Part shown: piece by piece, positions 9,258 to 18,559 of the stretch
Position numbering within the stretch: position 1 is the first letter of the stretch
Layout: each line of letters opens with the position of its first letter
Origin: Halobacteriovoraceae bacterium
Lineage (GTDB): Bacteria > Bdellovibrionota > Bacteriovoracia > Bacteriovoracales > Bacteriovoracaceae
Direction of reading: 5' to 3'
NCBI GenBank assembly: GCA_963719505.1
Contig: CAVRCF010000001.1
Location: 256,001 to 320,000, forward strand
DNA: 64,000 nt
Position numbers and translations under genes: made by a program
Notes under the pieces: model-generated
What the model saw: only the letters and a program-made list of their open reading frames with translations
What the model was told of the DNA's origin: nothing
Database searches by the model: none

Positions 9258-10799
9258 TTATTGAGGTTTTGAGATTCTGTTGAGGATACTTTGCATTTCA
9301 TTTGCCGGCATCAGGTCTCCCAGCTTTGAAGCGATTTCTATGCCAGAGACTAGGGTCTCTTTGGCCAATTCATTTTGATTAAGATTCATTTGAGACTTTG
9401 CTAATGCGAGGTAAGCCACAGAATATTTTGGATCAGCACTTATCGCCTTTTTTAAGTGCTCAGAAGCTTTTTGATAATTCTCTCGCTCATTCTCTAATTC
9501 ACCAAGACCAAAGTTTGCCAAGGCATCCTCTGGATCAATCTCTAAAACTTGATGAAACATTGACTCACGTTTTTCCTTATCTGCTTTTTGCTGAGCTTCT
9601 ACCTTTGATTTTTGATCACGCTTATCCGCCTCAATACCAAACTGCTCAAACTGCTTGAGAGTAGCTTCAGCTTTATGCATTTCCGCTGTCTCCTTATCAC
9701 CCAGTTGCATGTAGTACATAGATAAATTGGTCTGGGCCATAACGGAAGTCTTATCAACCTGCGCGAGGGTTTTCATCACCTCGATGGCATCTTCAAATTT
9801 CTTCTCTCTGCCCAGGATCACTCCTAAAGACTCATAAGCATCGGCATAACCTGGATTTAAATCTATAAGGTATCTTAAATATCTTTTTGATTTTTCGCTT
9901 TCATCTACTTGAAAAAGTCTTACCGCTTCATCAAAAATTTCTTCGGACATTTTATCTAAAGACTGGTTTATGAGTGGGAAATTTTTAACTAAGTAGTCAC
10001 TTCCCTCAATCTCAAGACTCTTGCCTTCGATTCGATTTTCTCTATTTAACATAGCATAATAGAAGTAGGTGTCACCGACCTGTAAGTGTTGAATAATTTT
10101 TCCAATTTTTTTATTCTCTATCACAAGCTCTTCAGCGCCAATTAGATTGTCTCCAATGAGAGCCACCGGAAAGAGAGCAGCGCCTCTATTATTAACAATT
10201 TTGCTTATTGTTTCCTGTCCTGGATAACAACCTTTTTTAAAATCTATAGCGGACTCAGCTAAATATGTGTTGGTGATAAGCTCTCCATGCTTGGCATGAA
10301 CACCCATCTCAACAAAACCACTAGCGAATTTCAAAAGTGCATGAGAAGAATCATCCAACAACTCCAAATTGGGCTTTGAGAAGCCTATCTTTGCCGGTAA
10401 GCCACAGTAGGAACCATCGAAGTCATCTTTGATATTTGAAAAGTCATTTATTTTTATAAAGACTGTCCTACTGGCAAGATTAAACTCGACATCTTCAGAG
10501 ATGAGAAACTTATTAAGCCTCTTTAAAAGTTCGTCCTGAATGTATTTTTTAGCAATAATAAAGTATTTTTCAGAACTACTTTTGGCCAAAAAAAAGGAGC
10601 TCACGAGCTTTCCTTTTTCATCAACAATAGCAGACTCTTTAAAGCTAGAGATTTTCTGATTGAGAACATTAGTAGTGAGTTGATTTGAAAGAAAGCTTTC
10701 GGAGTCTTGCCCTAAAACTTCTATAACAAAAGAGTCTTTTAGCTCAACATATGATGCACGAGTTCTGTGCTCTAAAAGGTAAGCGGATAGATTTATCAT
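9258..10799 (-). CDS. ygfZ: YgfZ/Iba57-like folate-binding Fe-S maturation protein fused to C-terminal TPRs
   Basis: G.D...FL..Q.T and the KGCYPGQE signature; C-terminal TPR repeats. Confidence 0.82.
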   Translation of the reverse strand: MINLSAYLLEHRTRASYVELKDSFVIEVLGQDSESFLSNQLTTNVLNQKISSFKESAIVDEKGKLVSSFFLAKSSSEKYFIIAKKYIQDELLKRLNKFLISEDVEFNLASRTVFIKINDFSNIKDDFDGSYCGLPAKIGFSKPNLELLDDSSHALLKFASGFVEMGVHAKHGELITNTYLAESAIDFKKGCYPGQETISKIVNNRGAALFPVALIGDNLIGAEELVIENKKIGKIIQHLQVGDTYFYYAMLNRENRIEGKSLEIEGSDYLVKNFPLINQSLDKMSEEIFDEAVRLFQVDESEKSKRYLRYLIDLNPGYADAYESLGVILGREKKFEDAIEVMKTLAQVDKTSVMAQTNLSMYYMQLGDKETAEMHKAEATLKQFEQFGIEADKRDQKSKVEAQQKADKEKRESMFHQVLEIDPEDALANFGLGELENERENYQKASEHLKKAISADPKYSVAYLALAKSQMNLNQNELAKETLVSGIEIASKLGDLMPANEMQSILNRISKPQ

Positions 10800-11135
10800 T
10801 TAGACTGAAAAAGATTCCCCGCAACCACAAGTATTTTTGGCATTTGGATTTTCAAAAACAAATCCTTTTCCATTCAGTCCATCTTTAAAATCTAAGACGA
10901 TTCCTTTTAAATAAATTGAAGATTTTGGATCCATTATGACCTCAAAGCCATCGTGAACTATAGTATTATCTTTTTCTTTCTTCTCAGAAAATTCTATTTT
11001 GTATTGAAGGCCAGAACATCCACCACCAATTACGGCGAGCCTGAGTCCTTTATTAGAATTTGAACTGTCTCCATCAAAAATTCTTTTGATTTCCGCAATT
11101 GCCTTGTCTGTTAACTCTACTAAATTTGATTCCAT
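10800..11135 (-). CDS. iscA: A-type Fe-S carrier protein (IscA/ErpA/HesB)
   Basis: GGGCSGLQY ... F.NPNA..TCGCGESF. Confidence 0.93.
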   Translation of the reverse strand: MESNLVELTDKAIAEIKRIFDGDSSNSNKGLRLAVIGGGCSGLQYKIEFSEKKEKDNTIVHDGFEVIMDPKSSIYLKGIVLDFKDGLNGKGFVFENPNAKNTCGCGESFSV

Positions 11136-11308
11136 AATTACCTCTCCATCTAAGTATACGATATTTAGCTAAAAAACCAGCATTTTTATGGTTTATCAAA
11201 GTGATTTTAAAGGCTTAGACTATTCATAATTGACCCGAAACGTCCGAAAAGATTTACAAGGTATGGACTGCACTGTAAATTTAATGAAGTTGATTTAAGG
11301 ATAACCAT

Positions 11309-12049
11309 TTGAAAATATTTGTTGCCATTGTTGATGCGAAGGGCAAAAAGTCTACTTTTGCACTGAGGGAGAAGCCAATTATAATCGGCCGCTCATCTAA
11401 GGCGCATGTTTGTATATCAGATGAATTAGCAAGCTCTAACCATTGTCTTATATATCTCAAAGACAACTGTGTCTTTATAGAAGACACTAAATCTAAAAAT
11501 GGTCTTTTTCTCAACGGTATCAGAGTGTTTAAACAAAGAATCTATCTTGATGATAAGGTAAAAGTTGGCGGCTCTTATCTCTACTTTGATCACGATAGGC
11601 TAGAAGCAAAGGTAAAAAAGCTTTTACAACCCTCTGGCGCTGGAAATAGAGTCGCAAGAGAAGTCACTTTAGAACTCGAAAAAAGTCATAAAGTTTATGA
11701 AAAAGAAACACCTATAAACGATAAGTTATTTGAGGGTGTTGAAAAAACAAATAAAAAACTTGAAAAGGGCTTTAATAGAAAACTTCTTTTTGTTCGAGAG
11801 AAGATTGCTGTAACAATTGATTTTATTTTGTCTCTGGCATTTCTTGCGACTGGTTTTGTAGCCTTTTACTATTATGATAAAAAAGAATTTCAAACCCTTT
11901 TTGTCGATAAGAACCCAATTGAAGCCCTAAGCACTGACATAACATTAATTTTAGCTGGGGTTGGATTGGTAGCGACCTACGTTTTTTACAAAATCAACCG
12001 TGGAAAAACTAAAACAAGTATCGGTGAGAAATTTATGGGACTCAACTAA
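11309..12049 (+). CDS. FHA-domain membrane protein
   Basis: IIGRSS...S.NHC...D..SKNG.FLNG FHA motifs; two C-terminal TM helices. Confidence 0.82.
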   Translation: MKIFVAIVDAKGKKSTFALREKPIIIGRSSKAHVCISDELASSNHCLIYLKDNCVFIEDTKSKNGLFLNGIRVFKQRIYLDDKVKVGGSYLYFDHDRLEAKVKKLLQPSGAGNRVAREVTLELEKSHKVYEKETPINDKLFEGVEKTNKKLEKGFNRKLLFVREKIAVTIDFILSLAFLATGFVAFYYYDKKEFQTLFVDKNPIEALSTDITLILAGVGLVATYVFYKINRGKTKTSIGEKFMGLN

Positions 12050-12618
12050 GGAATCCACAGGATCTCTTCTCTTCCAAGTTTTGCATTCACATAGCGAGAG
12101 ACAATAAATAAAAAGTCAGAGAATCGATTCATAAACTTTATCGCGTTAACAGGTAACTCATCTGGATTATGATTATCAAATCTAACAAGGCTTCTTTCGA
12201 CTCTTCTACAAACAGTTCGACAAATGTGGAATCTGCTCGCAATCTCTTCCCCACCAGGCATAATAAAATGTTTTAAGGGTTTCAGAGAACTGTTTAGTTG
12301 ATCAATTGTCTTTTCCATTTTAACTATTTCATCATCGCTTATTTGGGGAAGCTTGTATTTTTCTTGAAGGTTTTTTTCACATGCGAGGTTAGATCCTAAA
12401 TCAAACAATCTCGACTGCAGGCTCAAGATATACGAATGCAACTCGGAATCTATTTTTAATTTTTCTAGTTCTGAACAAGCAAAACCTAAAAATGAGTTTA
12501 GCTCATCAACCTCTCCATAGAGATCTATTCTTTCATCACCTTTACTAATTCTGTTACCAGAGACTAAGCTCGTTTGTCCCTGGTCTCCACCTCTTGTATA
12601 TACGCTCGCCTTATCCAT
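12046..12618 (-). CDS. PduO-type ATP:cob(I)alamin adenosyltransferase
   Basis: VYTRGGDQGQTSL...YGEVDELNS...FIMPGG...RTVCRRVER...NRFSDFLF. Confidence 0.95.
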   Translation of the reverse strand: MDKASVYTRGGDQGQTSLVSGNRISKGDERIDLYGEVDELNSFLGFACSELEKLKIDSELHSYILSLQSRLFDLGSNLACEKNLQEKYKLPQISDDEIVKMEKTIDQLNSSLKPLKHFIMPGGEEIASRFHICRTVCRRVERSLVRFDNHNPDELPVNAIKFMNRFSDFLFIVSRYVNAKLGREEILWIP

Positions 12619-15600
12619 TACATATTCCTTCTGTATTTTCCACCGACTTTATACAGCTCTTCGGTTATTTGACCTAGTGAACAGTATCTTACCGCTTCCA
12701 AAATGTGCTCAAAAATATTTTCATCTTTTAGTGCAGCCTCTGTAATATTACTCAGGCACTGAGCTCCTTTATCAGGATTCGCTTTTTGAAAGGATCTAAG
12801 CCTATCGATCTGTGCCTCTTTTTCCTCATAGCTTGAACGAGTGAGCTCTATGTCTTGTTCCATCTGTGCATCGACGTCTTTGGCCAAATAAGTATTTACT
12901 CCGATAATAGGAAATTCACCGCTATCTTTAAGCGTCTCATAATAAAGAGACTCTTCTTGAATTTTTGACCTTTGGTACATCGACTCCATGGCCCCAAGAA
13001 CACCACCTTTATCAGAAATATTTTCAAACTCAGTGAGTACAGCATCTTCAACGATCTCACAAAGTTCATCGACGATGTAGGATCCTTGCATTGGATTATC
13101 GGTTTTATTTAATCCAAACTCTTTGTTTATAATCATCTGAATGGCCATAGCACGTCTCACCGACTCTTCTGTTGGAGTCGTAATAGCTTCATCATAAGCA
13201 TTTGTATGAAGAGAGTTACAATTGTCACTCAAAGCGAGAAAAGCTTGTAAAGTCGTTCTGATATCATTGAAGTCTATCTCCTGGGCGTGAAGAGATCGAC
13301 CAGAAGTTTGAATATGATACTTTAGCTTTTGAGATTTCTCATTAGCCCCGTATCTGTCTCTCATAGCTGTCGCCCAAATCTTTCTCGCAACTCTTCCAAT
13401 AACTGTATATTCAGGGTCAAGTCCATTGCTAAAGAAGAATGAAAGGTTCCCGGCAAACTCATCGATGCTCAATCCTCGAGATAAGTAGTACTCAACAAAA
13501 GTAAAACCATTCGAAAGAGTCAATGCCAATTGGGTGATAGGGTTAGCACCGGCTTCAGCAATATGATAACCACTAATAGAGACTGCGTAATAATTTTTGA
13601 TATTATTTTGACAGAAAAATTCCTGCACATCTCCCATTAGTTTCATGGAAAACTCCAAAGAGAAAATACAGGTGTTTTGAGCCTGATCTTCTTTTAAGAT
13701 ATCTGCTTGAACTGTTCCACGAACTTGTCTCATGATTTCAATTTGTTTATCTTTGTCCTCTCTATCTGCTCCTGTTAACGATCCTTCAATTGCCGTATTC
13801 ATATACATTGCCAGAAGAATTGGAGCTGGACCATTGATCGTCATAGAGACAGAAGTTGATGGACTGGTAAGCTCGAATCCTTCAAACAGGTCTTTCATAT
13901 CTTGCAGAGTTGCTATACTAACACCAGCTTCTCCAACCTTTCCAAAAATATCAGGTCTATGATCTGGATCTTCACCATATAAAGTGACCGAATCAAAGGC
14001 TGTTGACAGTCTTTTGGCTGGATCATCTTTTGAGAGGTAGTGAAAGCGTTTGTTAGTTCTTTTAGGACCGCCCTCACCAGCAAACATTCTTTTAGGGTCT
14101 TCATCTTTTCTTTTAAAAGGAAAGATTCCTGTAGCGTAAGGGAAAAAACCTGGAAGATTTTGAGATCTAATAAACTCAATTTTATCACCGAGGTTTTTAA
14201 ACTTTGGAAAGCCTACTCTAGAAATTGCTTGGTGGGATAATGAAATGTATTTTGTCTCAACACTAATTTCCTTATCTCTAACTGAGTAAGAAAACTTACC
14301 GCTTTTAAATTGTTCAATTGAATCATCGAAGGATTCTATCAAGGAGAGATTATCTTCCCCTATTTTTTCTTTAAGCTCTTTACAAATTTTGGTGATCTCG
14401 GACTTGAAAGTCTCATTATCAGAGAGCTCTCCAGACTTTAAGCATGCATCGTATTGACGACAAAGCTCAGTTAATATCTTTGTTTTTTCATTATAGTCTT
14501 TGACTGTTTTGGCTATATCTCTAAGGTATTGGATCTGTCCGGCTGGAATTATAGCTTTCTTGCTCTTTGAGGCTTTGTCACAAATAAGATCAAGATCTTC
14601 GGTGTTAAAATCAAATGATTTTGCAATATCAACAAATAATGAGTTAACTCCGGTGTCATTAAACTTTGATGCCATCGTTCCGTAAATTGGAAGTCCTTCA
14701 TCATCTGGAGATCCAGGATGTCCTGCAAATAATTTATGATTTCTTCTATACTGCTTTCTAATATCGCGAAGGGCATCTTCACTTCTTGGTTTCTCAAACT
14801 TATTGACGACAATAAAGTCTGCAACTTCGATCATTTCAATTTTCTCTAATTGAGAAGCTGCTCCGTACTCTGGAGTCATAACATACGTGCATTTATCTGA
14901 AATCGTTGTAATTGAATCAGATGCTTGACCTATACCTGAGGTCTCTACAATAATTAAATCGAAAGACTGGGACTTTAAAAATTTAACAACATTGACAATT
15001 TGTGGTGAGAGTTCATTTTTAGAGTTTCGAGTCGCAAGAGATCTTATAAAAATATTCTCAAACCCAGCAGAACCTAAGCGGATTCTATCCCCAAGAAGTG
15101 CACCTTGAGTCTTTTTCTTTGTTGGATCAACAGAAATGAGAGCAATTCTCTGCTTTGGAAAATGACGACAAAACCTAAGTAAGAGCTCATCAATTAGAGA
15201 GGATTTTCCGGCGCCCCCGGTCCCCGTGATACCTAGAACAGGGACTTTGAAGTCTGAAACCTCAAAGGGCAGTTTGCCTTTATCTTCAATATGAGTAATC
15301 ACCTTAGCAATTTCGATATCGGTTAGGTTTTCTTTTTTTGAAAAGTCGTAACCGTCTAAAATATCATAGTCGGCTTTGGCAATCATGTCGTCGATAATGC
15401 CTTCAAGCCCAAGATTCATTCCATCTTTTGGATGATAAATTTTTGTTATCCCAATTTCTTCGAGAGCTTTAATTTCTTTCAAAGTGATGACACCGCCGCC
15501 GCCTCCGAAAATTTTTACATGTTCAGCCCCGGCTTTATCCAGCAATTCTCTGACGTACTTAAAGTATTCATTGTGGCCACCTTGATAGGAGCTAATTGCC

Positions 15601-15776
15601 ACAGCGTGTGCGTCTTCACTAATGGCAGCAGAGGCAACCTCTTGAGCAGATCTATTATGGCCTAGGTGGATGACTTCGACTCCTTTTGACTGGAGCAATC
15701 GCCTCATTATATTAATTGATACATCATGCCCGTCAAACAGACTTGCAGCAGTTACAAAGCGCAGTTTATTTTTCAT
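12618..15776 (-). CDS. icmF: Fused isobutyryl-CoA mutase / MeaB-like GTPase IcmF
   Basis: N-terminal B12-binding FDGHD motif, GTGGAGKSS P-loop, mutase domain (RMFAGEG, RLSTAFDSVTLYGEDP, QTSGRSLHAQE). Confidence 0.95.
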   Translation of the reverse strand: MKNKLRFVTAASLFDGHDVSINIMRRLLQSKGVEVIHLGHNRSAQEVASAAISEDAHAVAISSYQGGHNEYFKYVRELLDKAGAEHVKIFGGGGGVITLKEIKALEEIGITKIYHPKDGMNLGLEGIIDDMIAKADYDILDGYDFSKKENLTDIEIAKVITHIEDKGKLPFEVSDFKVPVLGITGTGGAGKSSLIDELLLRFCRHFPKQRIALISVDPTKKKTQGALLGDRIRLGSAGFENIFIRSLATRNSKNELSPQIVNVVKFLKSQSFDLIIVETSGIGQASDSITTISDKCTYVMTPEYGAASQLEKIEMIEVADFIVVNKFEKPRSEDALRDIRKQYRRNHKLFAGHPGSPDDEGLPIYGTMASKFNDTGVNSLFVDIAKSFDFNTEDLDLICDKASKSKKAIIPAGQIQYLRDIAKTVKDYNEKTKILTELCRQYDACLKSGELSDNETFKSEITKICKELKEKIGEDNLSLIESFDDSIEQFKSGKFSYSVRDKEISVETKYISLSHQAISRVGFPKFKNLGDKIEFIRSQNLPGFFPYATGIFPFKRKDEDPKRMFAGEGGPKRTNKRFHYLSKDDPAKRLSTAFDSVTLYGEDPDHRPDIFGKVGEAGVSIATLQDMKDLFEGFELTSPSTSVSMTINGPAPILLAMYMNTAIEGSLTGADREDKDKQIEIMRQVRGTVQADILKEDQAQNTCIFSLEFSMKLMGDVQEFFCQNNIKNYYAVSISGYHIAEAGANPITQLALTLSNGFTFVEYYLSRGLSIDEFAGNLSFFFSNGLDPEYTVIGRVARKIWATAMRDRYGANEKSQKLKYHIQTSGRSLHAQEIDFNDIRTTLQAFLALSDNCNSLHTNAYDEAITTPTEESVRRAMAIQMIINKEFGLNKTDNPMQGSYIVDELCEIVEDAVLTEFENISDKGGVLGAMESMYQRSKIQEESLYYETLKDSGEFPIIGVNTYLAKDVDAQMEQDIELTRSSYEEKEAQIDRLRSFQKANPDKGAQCLSNITEAALKDENIFEHILEAVRYCSLGQITEELYKVGGKYRRNM

Positions 15777-15858
15777 AAGTCCTCTTATTAAATATTTTTA
15801 GTTTTCTATCATATTAAGATAAGTTTTTCCATATCCAAAACACGGTAAATTCAAGTAC

Positions 15859-16563
15859 TTAGCGTTTATCTGAGGAAAGTATAGCCCTTCTTTTGGTGAT
15901 GAGGACGGCCACAATTAGACCAACAGATATAGCTTGAGATGTAGAGAGGCCCATAAATTGCCCTCGAATTTGATCTGATCGTAGAAACTCTAGGAAAAAT
16001 CTAAGCACAGCATAGGAGACAAGATAGAAAGAGATTATTCCCTCTCCCTCTTTAAATTTCTTAAAAGCGATAAATGTTATTACGAAAACGAATGTAGATT
16101 CTATCAATTGCACCGGTGTGTGAAAGTCTACTCTTTCAAATTCAATCACCACGCCATGACAACAGCCAGCTAAAAAACACCCAATCCGTCCAAGGCCATG
16201 ACCTATACCCAGAGGTATTATTAAAAATGAAAGTGAGTTTATAGGAATGTTTTTTACCTTAGAGTAAAGAAAGGTGAAGGACAAACCAAAAATAAGTCCA
16301 CCGTAAAAAACGAATCCACCACCTAACCAAAAATTTGAATTTGTCACAAACTCAGACTTATCAATAAACTCAGAGGTTAAAAGAAAGAAAATTTTTGCAC
16401 CAATCCAGGATGAAGAGAATATACCTAAAAGTATGAAGTTGAGGTTCTTTATATTTTTTGGACAGAGCTTATGGGCAACGCTATAAGCGATCCCCCATGC
16501 AAGACCCATCATGAGGGGATATAAGTAAACGGTACGACCTAAAAATTCAAAACTAGGCAGCAT
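15859..16563 (-). CDS. lgt: Prolipoprotein diacylglyceryl transferase
   Basis: GG.VFYGG, GRIGCFLAGCC.G, P.QL.ES, RFFLEF.R. Confidence 0.9.
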   Translation of the reverse strand: MLPSFEFLGRTVYLYPLMMGLAWGIAYSVAHKLCPKNIKNLNFILLGIFSSSWIGAKIFFLLTSEFIDKSEFVTNSNFWLGGGFVFYGGLIFGLSFTFLYSKVKNIPINSLSFLIIPLGIGHGLGRIGCFLAGCCHGVVIEFERVDFHTPVQLIESTFVFVITFIAFKKFKEGEGIISFYLVSYAVLRFFLEFLRSDQIRGQFMGLSTSQAISVGLIVAVLITKRRAILSSDKR

Positions 16564-17050
16564 TTACTTTTTTTTCTCTACTTCTCTCTCTAAAATAGTC
16601 GATAATAAGAAGACCGGCAGCAACAGAGATAGCACTATCAGCGACATTAAAAACTGAAAAGTGGCTTTTACCATAGTAGAAGTCAAAAAAGTCGATAACG
16701 TAGTCCAATCTAAACCTATCAATTAAGTTTCCAATAGCACCTGCTAAGATTAATGCGTATGCACTGCTTAAAAGTAGTTTATCTTTATACGATTTAATAA
16801 GGAGAACAAAAAGCCATACACAAGCAATCACTGGAAGGGCACGAAAAATCGTGTAACGAATCCAATCCTGAAATGCACCACCAAAACCGAATGCTGCACC
16901 GGTGTTTCTCACGTAGGTAAAGTTCATAAGTCCATCTATGACTTTTATGCTTTCGCCAACGTAGAAGTTATTGGCCACATAAATCTTAGACCACTGATCG
17001 ACCACAATAATAACGACAATAGATAAAAGTAGAAAAATAAGTTTTTTCAT
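16553..17050 (-). CDS. lspA: Signal peptidase II
   Basis: DQWSK, RNTGAAFG, GAIGNLIDR, VIDF, FNVADSAI. Confidence 0.96.
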   Translation of the reverse strand: MKKLIFLLLSIVVIIVVDQWSKIYVANNFYVGESIKVIDGLMNFTYVRNTGAAFGFGGAFQDWIRYTIFRALPVIACVWLFVLLIKSYKDKLLLSSAYALILAGAIGNLIDRFRLDYVIDFFDFYYGKSHFSVFNVADSAISVAAGLLIIDYFRERSREKKVNAA

Positions 17051-17051
17051 T

Positions 17052-18542
17052 TTAATAGTACTCTTTAGGATTAATTTCGTACTTTTCTATCTTCCTTAAA
17101 AGTGTTTTCTTTGGAATATTAGCGTTTAGAGCAGTTTGATTAATCTTACCTCTATTAAGCTTTAAAGCCTGAACTATAAATTCATTTTCAAATTTATCTT
17201 TTGCAGCTTGAAAATCCATTTTAATTTGATCTCCCTCTTTCGTTGCAAAGACAAATTGGTACTGAGAATCATCGACTTCTGAGGGATCTTTATCTAAAAC
17301 TGAATTTTTAATTCCTTTAAAATCAATGACTGCATCTTGAGTACTATCTTCTTTCACGATGGTCTCTGAGCCATCTTGAATCTTCATAGGGATAGCATCT
17401 AAAGTAACGTAGTCAGACGACTCCATGATAAAACAATGTTCAATTGTATTTCTCAGCTCTCGAATGTTTCCAGGCCAAGAAAAGTTTTGAAGAGCTTCCA
17501 TTGCATCAGGCTTAACCCCTCTAACTTCTAAATTATGAACTTCATTAAAATAGTTAACGTAATAATTAACCAAGTGAGGAATATCTGTTTTTCTCTCTCT
17601 AAGAGGTGGAAGGTAGACTGGAAGAACGTTCAACCTATAAAAAAGGTCTTCTCTAAATGTTCCATCTTTAATCATTTCTTCAAAAGGCTTATGAGAGGCT
17701 GCAATAATTCTCACGTCGACAGAGATTTCTCTGTTGGCACCAACAGGTGTGAATTTTTTCTCTTGAAGAACTCTTAGAAGCTTAACTTGCATTTGAGGAG
17801 AGATATCACCGATCTCATCAAGAAAAAGTGTTCCTCCATCAGCGTATTGAAACTTTCCAATTTTTCTTGCATCTGCACCTGTAAAGGCACCTTTTTCGTG
17901 ACCAAAAAGTTCGGACTCAATGAGGTTTTCTGAAATGGCTCCACAGTTTACCGCAACAAACTTATTATCTTTTCTAGGACCGTTGTAGTGAATGGCTTTT
18001 GCAACAAGCTCTTTACCTGTCCCCGACTCTCCTCGAATTAAAACAGGAGTGTTAACTTTTGCTAGTTTACTGATAACATCAAAAACTTTTTTCATCGAGT
18101 TTGATTCACCAACAAACTTATCATCTCCATCTTTTCCCAAAGATAGGGTTGGAGCAGAAAATGCTGTTGTCTCAACCATTGAGCGTGCTTTTAAGGCTCG
18201 CTTAATTAGAGCCACTAGATTATCTGATGTTATTGGCTTTTCTAAATAGTTGAATGCTCCCTCTTTAACAGCTTTTACAGCGTCAGAGACATTTGAGTAT
18301 GCCGTCAAAATTAAGACTATAATAGACGGGTCATGTTTTTTAATCTCAATGAGAGCCTCAATACCATCCATCTCAGGCATATTGACATCCATGACTACCA
18401 AGTCGTAATTTTCACGATAAACAGCCGCAACAGCTTCTTTACCATTGTCGGCGACATCAACGTCAAAATGATGGAAAACTAATGCTTGCTTTACGGACTG
18501 CTGTAAAACTTTATCATCATCAACTACTAGTACCTTATGCAT
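17052..18542 (-). CDS. Sigma54-dependent response regulator (NtrC family)
   Basis: Receiver domain, GESGTGKE, GAFTGA, FLDEIG, WPGNIREL, C-terminal HTH. Confidence 0.96.
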   Translation of the reverse strand: MHKVLVVDDDKVLQQSVKQALVFHHFDVDVADNGKEAVAAVYRENYDLVVMDVNMPEMDGIEALIEIKKHDPSIIVLILTAYSNVSDAVKAVKEGAFNYLEKPITSDNLVALIKRALKARSMVETTAFSAPTLSLGKDGDDKFVGESNSMKKVFDVISKLAKVNTPVLIRGESGTGKELVAKAIHYNGPRKDNKFVAVNCGAISENLIESELFGHEKGAFTGADARKIGKFQYADGGTLFLDEIGDISPQMQVKLLRVLQEKKFTPVGANREISVDVRIIAASHKPFEEMIKDGTFREDLFYRLNVLPVYLPPLRERKTDIPHLVNYYVNYFNEVHNLEVRGVKPDAMEALQNFSWPGNIRELRNTIEHCFIMESSDYVTLDAIPMKIQDGSETIVKEDSTQDAVIDFKGIKNSVLDKDPSEVDDSQYQFVFATKEGDQIKMDFQAAKDKFENEFIVQALKLNRGKINQTALNANIPKKTLLRKIEKYEINPKEYY

Positions 18543-18559
18543 GAATTCTCCTAATGAAT

